Below are positions 13,411 through 26,600 of a stretch of DNA of 64,000 nucleotides, in pieces. The stretch is from Sminthopsis crassicaudata (lineage: Eukaryota), in contig NC_133619.1 of assembly GCF_048593235.1 (NCBI RefSeq), positions 347,462,454 through 347,526,453 on the forward strand, given 5' to 3'. The notes below the pieces were generated by a model. The model was not told the DNA's origin and made no database searches. It saw only the letters and a list, made by a program, of their open reading frames with translations. Each line of letters begins with the position of its first letter. The stretch's first letter is position 1. The position numbers and the translations under genes were made by a program.

Positions 13411-13813
13411 GAATTTTGGGGGGAAAGAATATTGTGAGTATTATATAAATCACTCTCAGCATTCACAATACTTTTTTTTCACTGAAAGGAATTTGTAGAA
13501 CAAGAAAAAAAAATAGGAACCAATGATCTAAATAATTTAAGTATTTAAGTATTTTCTTTCATTAATCTTCCCTACCCAGAATCCCCATCAAATATAAATG
13601 ATCATAATTTAATTTGGTTGTATCTTTGAAACCTGACTCTTTTCAAGAAATAATTTATTTCACTAGTAAAGCTTAATTTGATGTTTATTCCTCCCTTTAT
13701 CCTCTCCATCAACAGAATTACCTCTCTTGGCAAATATAGAGTACACATAAATCACGAGTTGGTCTTGGGGAACTCTCCTAAGAATGACTGGTATTATGAC
13801 TTTCCTGACCTAG

Positions 13814-13959
13814 GTGTGGGCACAATGACCAGCTATGAACAAGTTCTTCGCCAAGTCCGGTATCGCAACTGGAACCCAGGCAGCTTGGATGATCGAAAGT
13901 TCCAGATCAAATGCTCAGAGCTCAATGGACGCTATACTAGTAATGAATTTAACTTAGAG
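13814..13959 (+). CDS. CLSTN2: Calsyntenin-2 exon: GVGTMTSYEQVLRQVRYRNWNPGSLDDRKFQIKCSELNGRYTSNEFNLE
   Basis: Acceptor tttcctgacctag, donor gtgagt at 13960. 146 nt, phase 1 to 0. Contains the calsyntenin motif KCSELNGRYTSNEF. Confidence 0.96.
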
Positions 13960-14859
13960 GTGAGTCTACTATTGTATCTCACAAACATGCATTCATGGCC
14001 CTGATGGCATCCTATAAGGAAACTGTCCACCCCCTTTTTCCTTTCTTGTAGTCCCCTTAAGAAAAAAGACAGAGGAGAATCAACTATTGAAAAAAATAAT
14101 TCTAAAAGTTCCCATTTACTCAATTGCAAAAACCTAGATCAAGTTAGAGATATAAAAGACACAAGATCTAAATGAACCCCTTCAGTCTCTCTTCTTGGTC
14201 ACCTACCCATTGCTTTCACAAATTGGAGTGATAATTGCTCCCAGAACTACAAAATCACTTAAAAGTTAGTTTTTTTCTTCACTAAATTGAAAGCAAACTC
14301 AAATCTGCATAAGTGGTGAACAGAGAGAGGTGACGAGAAATAAAGAAGAGAGAATATCCTTTCTCTTCCATTGATTTAGCAAAGCAGAATGTCCACTACT
14401 ATAGGATACTCCAAAGAAAAGAGGTTGTTGAGGAAGGGAGTTTAACAAACTGATACTTGCCAAAATAGCCCAAGAGAAGAAATTGATTATAATTCAAGAC
14501 ATTGGAATACACTTCATCCTTTGTTCATTTGCCTGTGTACTTGACCTCAACTTGGTTCTGTTTTAATTCCTTTTAATTCCACCACCACTCCCCAAAATTT
14601 CTTTTTAAAAGTTCAAAACCTTTTATTTTTATGCTAGTCATCTTCTATTAACTTGTTTTTCTTATAAGAGAAAAATTTAAGCCAAATCAACATGCACAGC
14701 AATCATATCTAATAGCTTATATCATATTTCACTGTCCCCTAACTCTCTACTGAGATAAGTTGATATTATCATCATATCAATTTTGTTTAGTCATACTATG
14801 TAAATAGTTAATGGCCAACCACTTCATTTCTAGTTTTCAAGTACTGATTAACACTGATT

Positions 14860-15440
14860 AAGATTCAAGGAAAGCAACTATCTCACTGCTAGATATATTC
14901 CCCAAATAGATCAAAGACAAAATAGAATAATCCTAAATACACAAAAAATGTTACTAGTAAAGTATTTTTGTAGTAGCAAAAACTAAAACTAAAGTAGCTA
15001 CTTGTCAATTGGGGTAAATAAATTGTAGTAAGTGAATCTAATGGAATATTATTGCACCATAAGGAATAATAAATATGGAGAATTCAAAGAACCTTGGCAG
15101 ACTTATGTGAATTGATGCAAAGAGAAACAAGTAGAACTAGGAAAATAAAAACTCAATACACAAGGAAAGAATAACAACAGCAAAATATATTGAATATAAT
15201 TGAACTATAATTCTAATGACCACTCTCATTTCCAAAGAAGAGATAATAAAATTATCTTCTTCCTTCTTATTTGAAATACTGAAGGATTGCGGACTTGGAA
15301 AAATAGCATACATTCAGTTGACATGCTGGTTGGATTTCCTGAACATTTTCCCCCACAACTTTCTCTTTTATTCTTGCTAAGGGAGAGGGGAGACCTATAT
15401 TTAAAAATATAGTGAGATAAAAACAATACAATCAATTAAA
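14860..15440 (+). mobile_element. Old L1, ORF2 end plus 3'UTR
   Basis: aatggaatattattgcaccataagg...agacttatgtgaattgatgcaaagagaaacaagtagaac matches the L1 ORF2 C-terminus. Confidence 0.7.
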
Positions 15441-15587
15441 ATTTAAATTTTTGAAAAGTCAAGGGATGACAGTTCATCTTTGTGAACTGCCTGATTCCAA
15501 GAAGATCCTACATGCAAAAGAGGCCACAGCAACTAGCCCGCATACCAGCTAAAAGTACAGGTGCAACCAGTTTCTTTCTATTTCCAG

Positions 15588-15708
15588 GTGAATGTTCTAC
15601 ATGAGATCAACCCAGACTCACAACACATCAACCATATGATTGCGCAACCTCAATTCTTACAGTCCATCCATCACTCAGAGCCTGAAATAAGTAGCATACG
15701 TAATTCAG
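15588..15708 (+). CDS. CLSTN2: Calsyntenin-2 juxtamembrane ectodomain exon: VNVLHEINPDSQHINHMIAQPQFLQSIHHSEPEISSIRNS
   Basis: Acceptor tttctttctatttccag, donor gtaaga at 15709. 121 nt, phase 0 to 1. Resembles the CLSTN2 HVNHLIVQPPFLQSVHH segment. Missed by the ORF track. Confidence 0.93.
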
Positions 15709-15897
15709 GTAAGACTAGTGGAACCTACACCTTATCTTAGTATCAATGCCTCCCCAACAAATATGTCTTTCTCCTCCCTTCAGTCAAATCTACAATCACT
15801 CACAGTTCCCAGGTTCACCCTTCAGGACAAGAAGTCCCTCTACCAATAAAGATGTCACTCATCCACTGACTTAGGAATTCCTAAGGTCTTTAGGTAC

Positions 15898-16005
15898 ATA
15901 AAGCTTGAGTGATAAAAAAAAAAATAATAAAATAAAATAAAAATAAAATAAAATAAAAATAAAAATAAAAAAATAATAAAAAATAAAAAATAAAGCTTGA
16001 GTGAT
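15898..16005 (+). mobile_element. A-rich-only retro-insertion (15914-15989) flanked by a 16-bp direct repeat
   Basis: ataaagcttgagtgat at 15898-15913 and 15990-16005, with only A/TAAAA sequence between. Confidence 0.75.
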
Positions 16006-16654
16006 TCTAACCAGAGATGCACAACTAGGAAGTATCCAAGTGACATTATATCGTGTGTGTGTATCTATATACATATACATATATTTCTGATATTGTCTGT
16101 ATATATACATAGTATATACATTATGAGAATGTAAATATACACAAAATCAGATCTTGATTCCAAAGCCAGCTCTCTACTATGTCTAAAAGCCTCTCTTATA
16201 TATGTTGTGTTACATCATATTAATTATACAATGTTTCAAATAATGGCTTGTGTCAGCAAACCAACATATTAGAAGGATCCTGGTGATGGAAGACCCAAAG
16301 AATGGGGTTTTAATCTTTATTCTACCCCTAACTCTCAATATGTAACTTCAAGAAAATTAATGAGTCTATCTCAGTTTCTCCTTATTATTAGAAGATCAGG
16401 GTTAAAAATCTCCACTCCATATTGATAGGTGAGTTTAATTGAGTAAGTCACACTTCTGAGCCTGTTTCAATTTAAAATATTTCAATCAGTATCTGGGAAG
16501 ATGACATTGTATTACCTGAAAAGTACCTTATAAAAGTAAGGTATTTTCTCATCTTTAAAAATAAGAATACTAATAACTCATGCCTATATAAATAGAACTT
16601 ACAATCACAGTGCCAGTGTTATGAGTGGAAATGTATCTAATAGCGGAAAAGGGA

Positions 16655-16850
16655 AAAGCTAGGTAGTCCAGAGAATTGAATACCCACCCTGGGGAGCTCA
16701 GACATTTACTAGCTCTGTGACCCTGGCAAGACACTTAACCCCAACTGCTAGATAGGTAGGTAGATGAAAAGATTAGATAAATAGATAATGATAGATAGAT
16801 AAGATAGATAGACAGATAGAAATAAATAAATAAATGAATAAATGAAATCA
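16655..16850 (+). mobile_element. Degenerate WSINE1-like SINE with (GATA)n/(TAAA)n tail
   Basis: gctaggtag...ctcagacatttactagctctgtgaccctggcaagacacttaaccccaactgc followed by a simple-repeat tail. Confidence 0.6.
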
Positions 16851-17034
16851 AGTCAAGTTGGAAAAGACCTCAATTTGAATATCCTTTCTACTACTAAGAT
16901 CTTGAATAAGTACTTTTCCTTCTTTGGGGCTCTATTTGCTCCTTTGCAAAATGAGAAATTAAACTACATGCTCCCCAAGGTCCTTGCAGAGCTAAAGCCT
17001 GTGAACATCATCATCACCACCATCATCATCTTCA

Positions 17035-17150
17035 TCATAGAAGAGCATTTATTAAGCGTCTGCTCTGTGCCAAGCACTGTGCTAGGACCCTATGTGTACA
17101 AAGACAAAAATTTAAGTCCCTGCCCTCAAGCAGTTGACATTTTACTGGGT
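17035..17150 (-). mobile_element. L2 3'-end fragment
   Basis: gcatttattaagcgtctgctctgtgccaagcactgtgctagg...gtccctgccctcaag is the reverse complement of the L2 tail. Confidence 0.75.
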
Positions 17151-17722
17151 ATGTATAATATACATATAATTATGTTATTTAAGAAAGAATAGAATTTTAA
17201 GAAGTTTGTCCCTGAACAAGGATAAGAAAATGGGAAAGCATAAAAATACAGAATCCTGCTATCTCAGCCAGAGGGTCCAAGATAAAGGCCTAGCTAAAGT
17301 TGCTATGCTCCCTAGGCCTCATCTATAGAGAGGGAATATTGGGCATAATGGGGAAAGTACTTGAGTTAGAACCCTAAGACATTAGTTTTAATGCTGGCTT
17401 TCGTATTTAGTACCTGGGTGACTATGGATAATTTGCCTTCTTTTCCTGAACATGCATTTTCTTCATCTAAAAAATAACAGGGTTGGCCTAGTTGGGTTGC
17501 TAAAGTTCCTCTTAGTTCTAATGTCTATAACTCTCTTTCTCAGATCAGTAAATTTCACAGAGAATATTAAATAAAATAATAAGTGATAAAAATCACTCTG
17601 GAAAGTATAAAGGATAGTATAAACATTATATAACCATGCAGAACAATTATCTTTGGAAATACCTATGGTGTCATGACTAGAAATGCATCCACATTTATTT
17701 TTGTCTCTTTTCCTCTTTTCAG

Positions 17723-17907
17723 TCATTCCCAGCATTGCTACGGTGGTCATAATTGTGTGTGTCGGAATGCTGGTGTTTGTCGTAGCCATGGGTGTATATC
17801 GAATCCGAGTGGCACACCAGCATTGCATACAAGAGAGTGAATCAGCCAAAGAAAGTGAAATGGATTGGGATGACTCTGCACTTACCATCACTGTCAATCC
17901 CATGGAG
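17723..17907 (+). CDS. CLSTN2: Calsyntenin-2 transmembrane exon plus first kinesin-light-chain-binding WD motif: VIPSIATVVIIVCVGMLVFVVAMGVYRIRVAHQHCIQESESAKESEMDWDDSALTITVNPME
   Basis: Acceptor tcctcttttcag, donor gtaacc at 17908. 185 nt, phase 1 to 0. Hydrophobic transmembrane stretch, DWDDSAL and VNPME motifs. Confidence 0.97.
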
Positions 17908-20489
17908 GTAACCCACAATCCTTTACCTGGAAAGTCCTTCCTGCAATCTCCCTTCCTCTTTCTTCTCAGTCTTTCAAAATCCTAACTTAGCCAAGGGTCA
18001 GTTGAAGCCCTGCTTCTTCCCTCAGTTCTTTGGACCCTTCCTATCTGAACCAGAGGCTTTAGCACCCAATTAATTATGCATTGGATTATTTACCACTTAA
18101 TTCTTTTATATTAATCTTGTTACCCAGTAAAACGATACACTTCTTGAGGGCTAGAGCCCTATTTTTTTTTACTTTTGTTAATAGAGTTGGGAACATAGTG
18201 GGTGCTCAGGAAATGCTTGCTGAGCTTTCCATTATATGTAACAAACTGAGCCTTGCTCCTAAGATTTGAGAGCTATCAAGGATAGAGTATATTCTGATAG
18301 GCAGTTTGATATGTCATCTATATTAGGAGAGCCCTCTATAGAATTTTTTGGCAGGGGATATGGAGGGGTATTGTTGGGGAAAAGTCTACCTCTGTTACTT
18401 ACTATCCCATATGATCTTAAGCAACTTCTCTGGACATCAATTTCTTCATCTATAAAATGAGACAGTTGTATTACATGAACTCCAAGATCTATCCCTCTAA
18501 ATCTATGATTCTCTGTCTAAAACTTTTTGAAAGTTCCTAAATTTTGTGAACATTTGATACCTACCTAACCATATACTACATCCCTACCTCAACTGTGAAA
18601 TATCTAGTCACACATCAATACCTATGCCTTTCTTGATTTGTGAAAATGAACATACCCACAGGAAATAAACCTTGTCAACTTAAAACAAAAGTTTTATCCA
18701 AGCAAGTTTTAATCATATCAGCCAGAGTTAAACTGGTTGCTAGCTCATGGAAGAAATTTCTGTACCACCTCTTGAAAGAACCCACTAGCTAATATCAGCA
18801 TCTCCTATCTTTATTTTAATGATTACATTACACTACAAGATTCAACCCAGACAGAAAGAACTCTCTTCAGGCAATATAAATAGGCCCGTACTTGAGAGAG
18901 GGACTGGGGTAGATGGTCAGGAGACTAGGAAGTCAGCAAGCAGATGATAAAAAGGGAGAATTGTGGGGTAATAGAGAAAGAAAGATGTTTGGACCTGTCT
19001 CCTATCTGTCAGCCACATTAAACTGTTAGCTATGCAATGTAAAAGTCAGCTTAGTAATTGAGTACATGTAATGTGTCCAGTTCTGTGTAACTATAAACTA
19101 AGTAAAGTAAAAGTAAAAAGTAAAAGAAAGCATGATCTTGCCAGCTCCATTTCTTCCTTCCCACTCCCAAGGAAATTAATCCAATAGATGAGTAAACATT
19201 TAAAAGAAAACAAGACCTTACAGAATACAATATACAGTAGAGATTTCAATGCTTTAGAGAAGAGAAAGGTCATTTTGGGAAGTAGTGAGGGAAGGTTTCT
19301 TAAAGGAAATGTTCTTTGAGCTTAACCTTGAAGGATGGACAAGATTTAGAAAGCAGAAAGGATATCCCATATAGAAGGAACACACATATCAACACAAACC
19401 CATTTTGGAGCACATACCACTTTTAAACTCTCCAAACTAAAGGCAATAGTTAAGTTGTTGGGGACCTGAAATTGAAATGAATTGGATTTTGGGACTAGAA
19501 GCAGATGAAGCAATGATTGCTATAAGAAGAAAAGGCATGGAAATGAGTGTACAACAAGAAAGACTGGACTTCTGTCATTCTTGTTCCCTGGATACATAAA
19601 ACAGGAAGGATTATATCCAAAAGTAATATTTCTTTCTAATATTACATATTAGACATCATAACCTTCTAATGAACTTGAATATCCCCATCTAGAAAGAAGG
19701 TAAAAAATTATCAACTATTTGTCTCAACTTTTCTAAGGGTTAAATAATAAATGAGAGGCACCAGGGTATAAGTAATAAGAGTACTAATCTTCTTCTCTCT
19801 GATATATCACCACTGTATTACAACTTCTCATTGGTGCAGGCTAATCCATTAAGATTATAAATTATACAATTGATAATCTGAACTCATAGAAAAAATTTCC
19901 ACATGTGTAAATCCCTAACAAAGATGAAGGAATGAGAATGGGCTAAAAAAAAAAAAAAACTCCATCACAACTCCAATATTCTTCAATACTTCTGTAGATA
20001 AGACATTTATTATAGCACTTATTAAATGCTCTTGAAATGTTGAAAAATAATAGCAGACATCTCTTTGAAATAATTATGGCTATGTTAATGGCTCTATTGT
20101 TAGACTGACTCATTGAATGATTGTGATGACCTTTGTAGGACTTACAGAGAATTCCTTTTCCCAATATTTCAAGGACATCTCTTTGACTAGAATCAATATC
20201 AGAAAGCCACTGAATTTCCCTTCTGTTTTACATAGAATATGGCCTATGCCCTTTTACCAGTTATCAACCATTTAGCATTAATGATGAACATATCTCAAAG
20301 CAGGAATATTTAGCATTAAGAGCAGAGAGTTTCCGAAGATTCATTTATATAAGCACTTTCATGAGTGTTGCAATAAAAGATCCTTTAATTAAGGCAAGAA
20401 AAAAAAATTGGTTTTATTGAGTGCTCTGAATTTAGGCTACTAAGGAAGGAGGTTTCTCAATGTGCTTTTTTCCCTACATTGACATCTAG

Positions 20490-20690
20490 AAATATGAAGA
20501 ACCTGGACATGTGGAAGAGGAGAGTGAGGAAGACGAGGATGAAGAAGAGGAAGTAGAAGAAGAAGACAGCTCGAGTGATGACTCAGATGATAGTGAGGAA
20601 GAGGAAGAAGAGATTGGCAAGGGCAGAGGTGGGCAAAATGGCCCCAGGCAAGCCCAGCTGGAATGGGATGATTCCACACTCCCTTACTAG
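20490..20690 (+). CDS. CLSTN2: Calsyntenin-2 terminal coding exon: KYEEPGHVEEE...acidic tract...GQNGPRQAQLEWDDSTLPY*
   Basis: Acceptor ...gacatctag at 20488-20489. 201 nt ending in TAG at 20688-20690. Acidic tract and second WD motif LEWDDSTLPY, the characteristic CLSTN2 C-terminus. Confidence 0.97.
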   Translation, partial: KYEEPGHVEEESEEDEDEEEEVEEEDSSSDDSDDSEEEEEEIGKGRGGQNGPRQAQLEWDDSTLPY

Positions 20691-23600
20691 AAAATCCTGT
20701 GGTCCCAGGTATATCCCTTTTGTAAACACCAATACAATGTATTCCTGAGTCCAGTTACACAGAGACTATGAATTTGATGACAGGATTTGGATAGCTTTGC
20801 TCAGCACAGCTTCATATAATGACTTAACCCTTTGCTCCTGGGGGCTGAGAAGGCCCAGGAAAGCACAGATGACCCAGATAAGTCCCACATTGTCAGTGAG
20901 CACTCTAGACTTAGCTTGCCCATCTCTTCTTCCCAAATGTCTCTCTCCATTCCCAATGGGCTCACCAAATTCCTGTCATTCAATCCATAGAGTTTTTGCC
21001 TTTGCTATTTTTTCCATATAGAAAGGTTCTCCGCTTCTGATGTTCTTTATTTCTGCCAGGCCAAATGCTCCCTCTTGGCCTTGGGTTTCACTACACTGTC
21101 TGACTAAAGATTCTACTTTGATCACAGTCCAGCATTGTGACTGGGTGAATGGCAGTGGGTAAATTTTGCTCATAGTTGCCTCTTCTTACCTCTTTGAAAG
21201 GTCAACATTTTATGCAGAAAGGTTGGATGAACTTCATAACCTAAGTTTATATTGTTAAAAAGACAAGGTATACTTATTATAAATGGTTGGGTTTTGGAGG
21301 GAGAAAGAGAAAAGGGAGGAGAAGATATTACCCAACATCTTCTCTCTGGGGCCTATGTTAGCTTCTACAGAATATCAATAACACCAAATCATTCTTTATT
21401 GTCAGTCATGAGCAGTAGAACTGACCTCCAGCCATAGATGAGAGACCCCACGATGAGCATTCTCACAATAAAATATGATTCCCTGTTGGTTGGGCCATTA
21501 CCTCTGCAGCCAAATGGTGACACAGAAATTTGAAAAACATCTAGTAAGCATACTCTCCTTTGTATCACAGTCCCCAAGTCCCCTTATCATCTTCTCTTTC
21601 TTGCTGCCCTTTCTTTTGATAAATGGGCTTCTCAAATAACAGTTGGACATAGATTAAAATGCCTGGAATTAAAAGTGAAAGATTAGAAATATAAAAGCTA
21701 GAAAAAGCATATTAGTAATAATAGCATCTGCCTCTCTACCACCCAAATAAAAAGTTCCAAACATTAGGAAGAAAGCAAACACATCAGTGTAACTTACTAA
21801 ATTTTGGGGAAGGGAGAGGATTTTTTCCCTTTTTAAATGTAAAGAAATCTTTTTGATCTCTAGCATATCACAGATAACTAGTAAGGCAGCTGTTGCCATG
21901 GTAATGAGTCTAGAATATTTTGTAGTCAACAGAATAGCAAGTATGGACATGAAAATGATGGTTGACAAACCAGAAGACTCCCTAAGAACTTATATTTTAG
22001 ATCGTTTCAACTACTTAGTTTCTGTTTTCTCCTGCCATTACCACCATGTTTTCATAGGTGAAAGTTTCCAATCATCTTCTATCCATTATAGAGACATTTT
22101 TCTGAGAGGTTCTGTATGGAAGAAAAAAGATCACTTACTGTTTGAGATTTAGATTTTAAAACTACGCAAAGGATTTTCCTGGCCATAGCATCTAGACCAT
22201 TCCTTAATGAAAGGATAATCAAATTTAGAATTCAAAGTCCTTAAGGTCTTTTAGGGATCAACCAATGCAAGGGTATCTGATACAGGATCTCTAGGACCTT
22301 CTCACAAAAATTTTGGCTTATCAGGTCAAATCCGTGAATAAAAAGCCATCATCACTATGCTAGTATGGCACCTTGCATCTTGCAAACTTTTTTTTATGTG
22401 TCTTGTTAGGTAGTTCATTTTTTTCCCATACTCCTACCATTTTACAGTTCAGGACACTGGAATAAATTTGGAAACTGGTGACTTGCCCAAGGTTACCCAG
22501 TCTTAAAAGTCTCATCTTCCAAGTCTTATGTGGCTCTCTTTATGTCACAGCATACTGTCTAATCTGGCACTGTTGAAAACATATAGATCAGATGAGATAA
22601 TATTTGGAAAGTGCTTGAATATGCAGTAGCTGACCCTTAGTAGGTACTTAATAAAATCTAGTTCTCTTTCCTTTCCCTTGCTAAAGAAAATCCTTTGAAA
22701 GAACAGAAGGATGGAGTTTCAATCTCTTAGCTGAAAATAGAACTTTCTATTGTAAAAATGCATAAGAATCATATACTCAGATCTGTTCTAGCAGGAAGTT
22801 GATGGGGATGGGGAAAGGGAGGAAAAATCTGAAAAAGTCATTTTATCCTTATCAACAAATTATTGGGAGATAGGTGAATTCAGATACAACTGAATTCTGA
22901 AGTTTTCAGCAAGTAAAATGAATAAATAATAACTTCATTTAAAAAAACCTTCTGAATTAGAATTTGATTGAAAACATGTTCAATTTTATTTTTATGACTT
23001 TTTTTTCTCTTTCCATTGCTCAGTGATTTCTTGTTTGCAGAGAACACGTTTTTTTTGGTGCCCTTCAGTTGTCTCCAATGGCTCTATTACTTATTCATGG
23101 TTGAATGAGTATGTATGAGCATTTTGAAATATTTATATTTCTGTTATTGGGGGAAAATTAGGTCACAGTGGCACATTACAGGAGTAGCAAAGATAGATCA
23201 TTTTATATGGTATTGGGCAAAGAGATCTCATTTGTAAAGGGATAGTGATGGTAACAGGCCAGAAAGTGCTCTCTCTCCAAATTTTGTTTCCTTGTTTGTT
23301 TGAAATTAAAATGGCCATGCTAGCTTCAGACAGAAGAAACTAGAACTATTCTAAGTCAGGAAGCATTCATCCTTTTCCCAATACTGTATTATTGGTCATA
23401 GAAATAGTAGAAGAAGGAGGTCAGGAAGGAAAAAAGGGGAGGGATATAAAATGAAGCCACAATCCTTGCCCTTGATAATTTGTAGTTTGATTAGGGTCTT
23501 ACATTTTACATACCATCAAACATGTAGGGAAAAGTAAAATCAATTATATGTTTCTATCCTTATCATTTAGACTAAGTCTCTAGATATATTTAACAATACA

Positions 23601-26600
23601 AGTGACTTTCTCCCCTTCATCTGAACATTTACAAGTATATAGACACACAGCCTAATACTTCCTCTCTATAGCATACCACTTTGGTCCATTGTCATCCTAT
23701 GAACTGGATCAAATGAGTGACCAGATTTTATAACCAAGAAGTTCCAAAATCAGCAGTACATGAGACTACTCTGGAATTTCTACCACTTACTCAAAATAAT
23801 CAGACAATCTTCCATTATTCCAAAAAGCCTAGAACCATTGCATTTTGGTAGATTCAATCAAATTCTCTATAGAAATGTATTCTGCAGTGAAGTTCATCTA
23901 AATTCCACAAAGGAATCATGGACTTGATTTCTGTAATTCTAGATGATTTTTAGATTTCTGTCTTCTTTAACTATTTTTTCTATTAGTAGCTTGATTTCCC
24001 AACTCAGGTATAGCTTTGGACATAAATACCTATAGATAGATAGGTATAGATATTCATTTGCATATCATGTACATGTACATGTGTATACAGTGTGTATACA
24101 TGTAAATATACACACACACCCCAAATATCTCCAGTAACATCATCAATGTAGTCTAGCAAGTAATTTTTCTGCCTGCACTAAATCTAACTTGTTAATTCTA
24201 CTAGAGAAAATCCTAGCTCTAAAACTCACTGACTTCCACTATTTTGTCATATACCACCACAATTTGGTTTTTTGTTTAAAGATCAGTTTGTGAAACTCTG
24301 TTGTACTGGTTACAAACATATGGCCTAGATTTATTCAGTTCCTTGGTTCTATAGCCAAAAGCAATAGAATGAAAAATGCCATCTAGTGTTTTAGTCCATT
24401 AATCAGATTGACTGATCAATCATTAAGATAGTCAAAATGGTGATTAATTGGAAAGCAGCTAATTTGGGAGTTTTCTGTAAATACACACACCAAGAATAAA
24501 ATATCAGGGAATGCCAGACATGAGATAATAAACATATAATGCAACTCCCTCATTTTATAGCTGAGGAAACCAAAGAGAAGAGAATAGGTCTTATCCAAAG
24601 TCACACAAGTAGAGGAAGAACTGGGAGTTGGAAGCTGGGTCATAAAGATGATGTTCTTTTTGCACAGTGTGTGCAAAAATATATATATATAAAACCAACT
24701 TCATTTTGCCAGAATAAAACAAATTGCAATGCTCACAGTCCTACTCACTGCAATAAGACGGACTCATTTTTACTTCATCCTTCAAAACATCTACAGGAAT
24801 GATACACTTTGAACTTGATTAAGGCCAGGTTCCAGAATGAATTCTCATTGAATCCAATCAAATACAGAACAAACATTACACAGTGAGAGGAGAAAAACTG
24901 GCATTTGGTTAACCAAATGATCAGTAAGACTTTATTCCATTGAGCTACAGCATTAACTACCCAAGCCCAGTTAGTTCCCCAGACGCTGCTAAGCCCATAA
25001 TGATTTCCATGTAGGAGTATTCATTAGCTCAGACTTATTTTCATTTCAGCCCTGCTCATGATATAGTTCTAAAAATGATTCTAAAGACTTGTGCCTGTTT
25101 AAATCAATATCAACATAATCAGTGAAAAGTGCTACCCAGTGGATTTTAAAATTAGCAACCTCTTTGGCTCAGTGAGTATCAGTAACAGGAAGAGGGAAAA
25201 AAATCCTTTTTTTTTTTTTTTCCAAATATGCATTTATTTAAATTAGCCAAACAGGTGAGAGTGATGAACAGGATCTACTTATCTAAGAGAATCCACAGGT
25301 AGAAAACAAATAATTTTCTGATGAGAGGAATGCATTACTTTTTGAGTGAATTTCCAAATCCTCCTGATATATACCCTACCTGGCTAAGAATTGTGAAGTA
25401 TGTTGCTCCCTGAATATACTATTATTGTACATTTATTAAAGGGTGACAGTATAAAAAGTTCCTAGTCCACTTTAATTTTTATATAACCATTTTCTAGTAC
25501 TTTAGCTGGGGGCAAAGGACACAAATAATGTAACTTGGACTATTTCCTCTATCACCCTCATTTTCCTGTCTTAATTTGTTTTGTCTTTATAAATTTCTTT
25601 TTTAAATATTCTTCATATATTGCATCAGCTAAAAAGGAAGGAGGGAGCTGTGTGAGGGCAGTGACTCAGTTAGTGGTTTTGATTCTTTTCCAGGCAGACA
25701 AAGCTAAGATAAAAAGGTCAACTACAACAGAATTAAACACATATCTTGAAGAGTCAATTAGCAGTTTGTTAATATTTAGTGGTCTTGTTTGATCATCAGC
25801 ATTCTACAGTTTTCCCAGGAGCAGGACACAGATGACCCTGGACAGATTGGCAGTGTGGCACTGTATTCAACCTGCTTTTGGCCTCCCAGGCTGTCCTCTG
25901 TCATAAGTCAAGGATGCAATTAGCATTTCTAGGTCTCTTAGCCAACATTCCAGTAAAGAATGCTTGGTTAAATTTCAATCTAATTGGGTTTTCCAAAGAC
26001 AGCCCTGACCCTTTTCATGGTCTCCTAAACTCCAGGTGCACTTTAATGGGATTTCAGCCTGGAATTGCAATCAGAGTACTTCTGGGATTTGCCTCTGATT
26101 GGCAGGCACCATGACATTGATATGAAAGTCTAGCTTTTGTGCCTGCAGGGTAATTGGAGGAAGAGAGTCCCTTCTATGATTTCAGAAAATATCCCCTCTT
26201 CTCCATGGGGGAATCCCATGAGAGGGCCTTCCCCTTCCCCATTTCCATGTGTTATACTTTTAACCACCAAAACTGAATGAGTTTTAAATCTTTTCTGGAA
26301 GGCAGATTTTAATCAGGAAGGAGGGGGAGTGAACAAGTACTATACTAAGTGCTTTATAAATATTAACTGATTTGATCCTCACAACAAGACAGCTGTGGTT
26401 ATTATCCCTGTTGAGGAAATAAAGGCAGAGATTACATGATTTTTCCCGGAGTCACTCAACTAGCAAGTGTCTGATGCTAAATTTGAATTCAGTTCTACTT
26501 GACTGAAGGTCCAGCATTCTAACAACTCTCCCACCTAGCCACTTCCAGAGATAATATGAAAGCACTGAGAGAGGGGGAAAAAAAGATAAAACTGAGGAGA

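Noticed and set aside
13678-13813. In-frame upstream extension of the 13814 exon with ATG (also ATG 17683 before the transmembrane exon), as a CLSTN3beta-like alternative start
   Set aside because: Short open intronic extensions are expected by chance across seven exons. There is no promoter or CpG evidence, and the intron before the transmembrane exon is mostly repeats.
15871-15884. Perfect 14-bp palindrome ttaggaattcctaa next to the poly(A) insertion
   Set aside because: One such palindrome in 64 kb of AT-rich DNA is not clearly beyond chance, and I see no functional context.
17463-17918. 151-aa minus-strand ORF
   Set aside because: Antisense to the CLSTN2 transmembrane exon, with no independent signals.
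20440-20679. Minus-strand Ser-rich and Leu/His-rich ORFs
   Set aside because: Antisense shadows of the acidic CLSTN2 last exon.
24569-24576. miR-9 8-mer site (ACCAAAGA) in the putative UTR
   Set aside because: It lies in a MIR fragment, and a single 8-mer in ~13 kb is compatible with chance.
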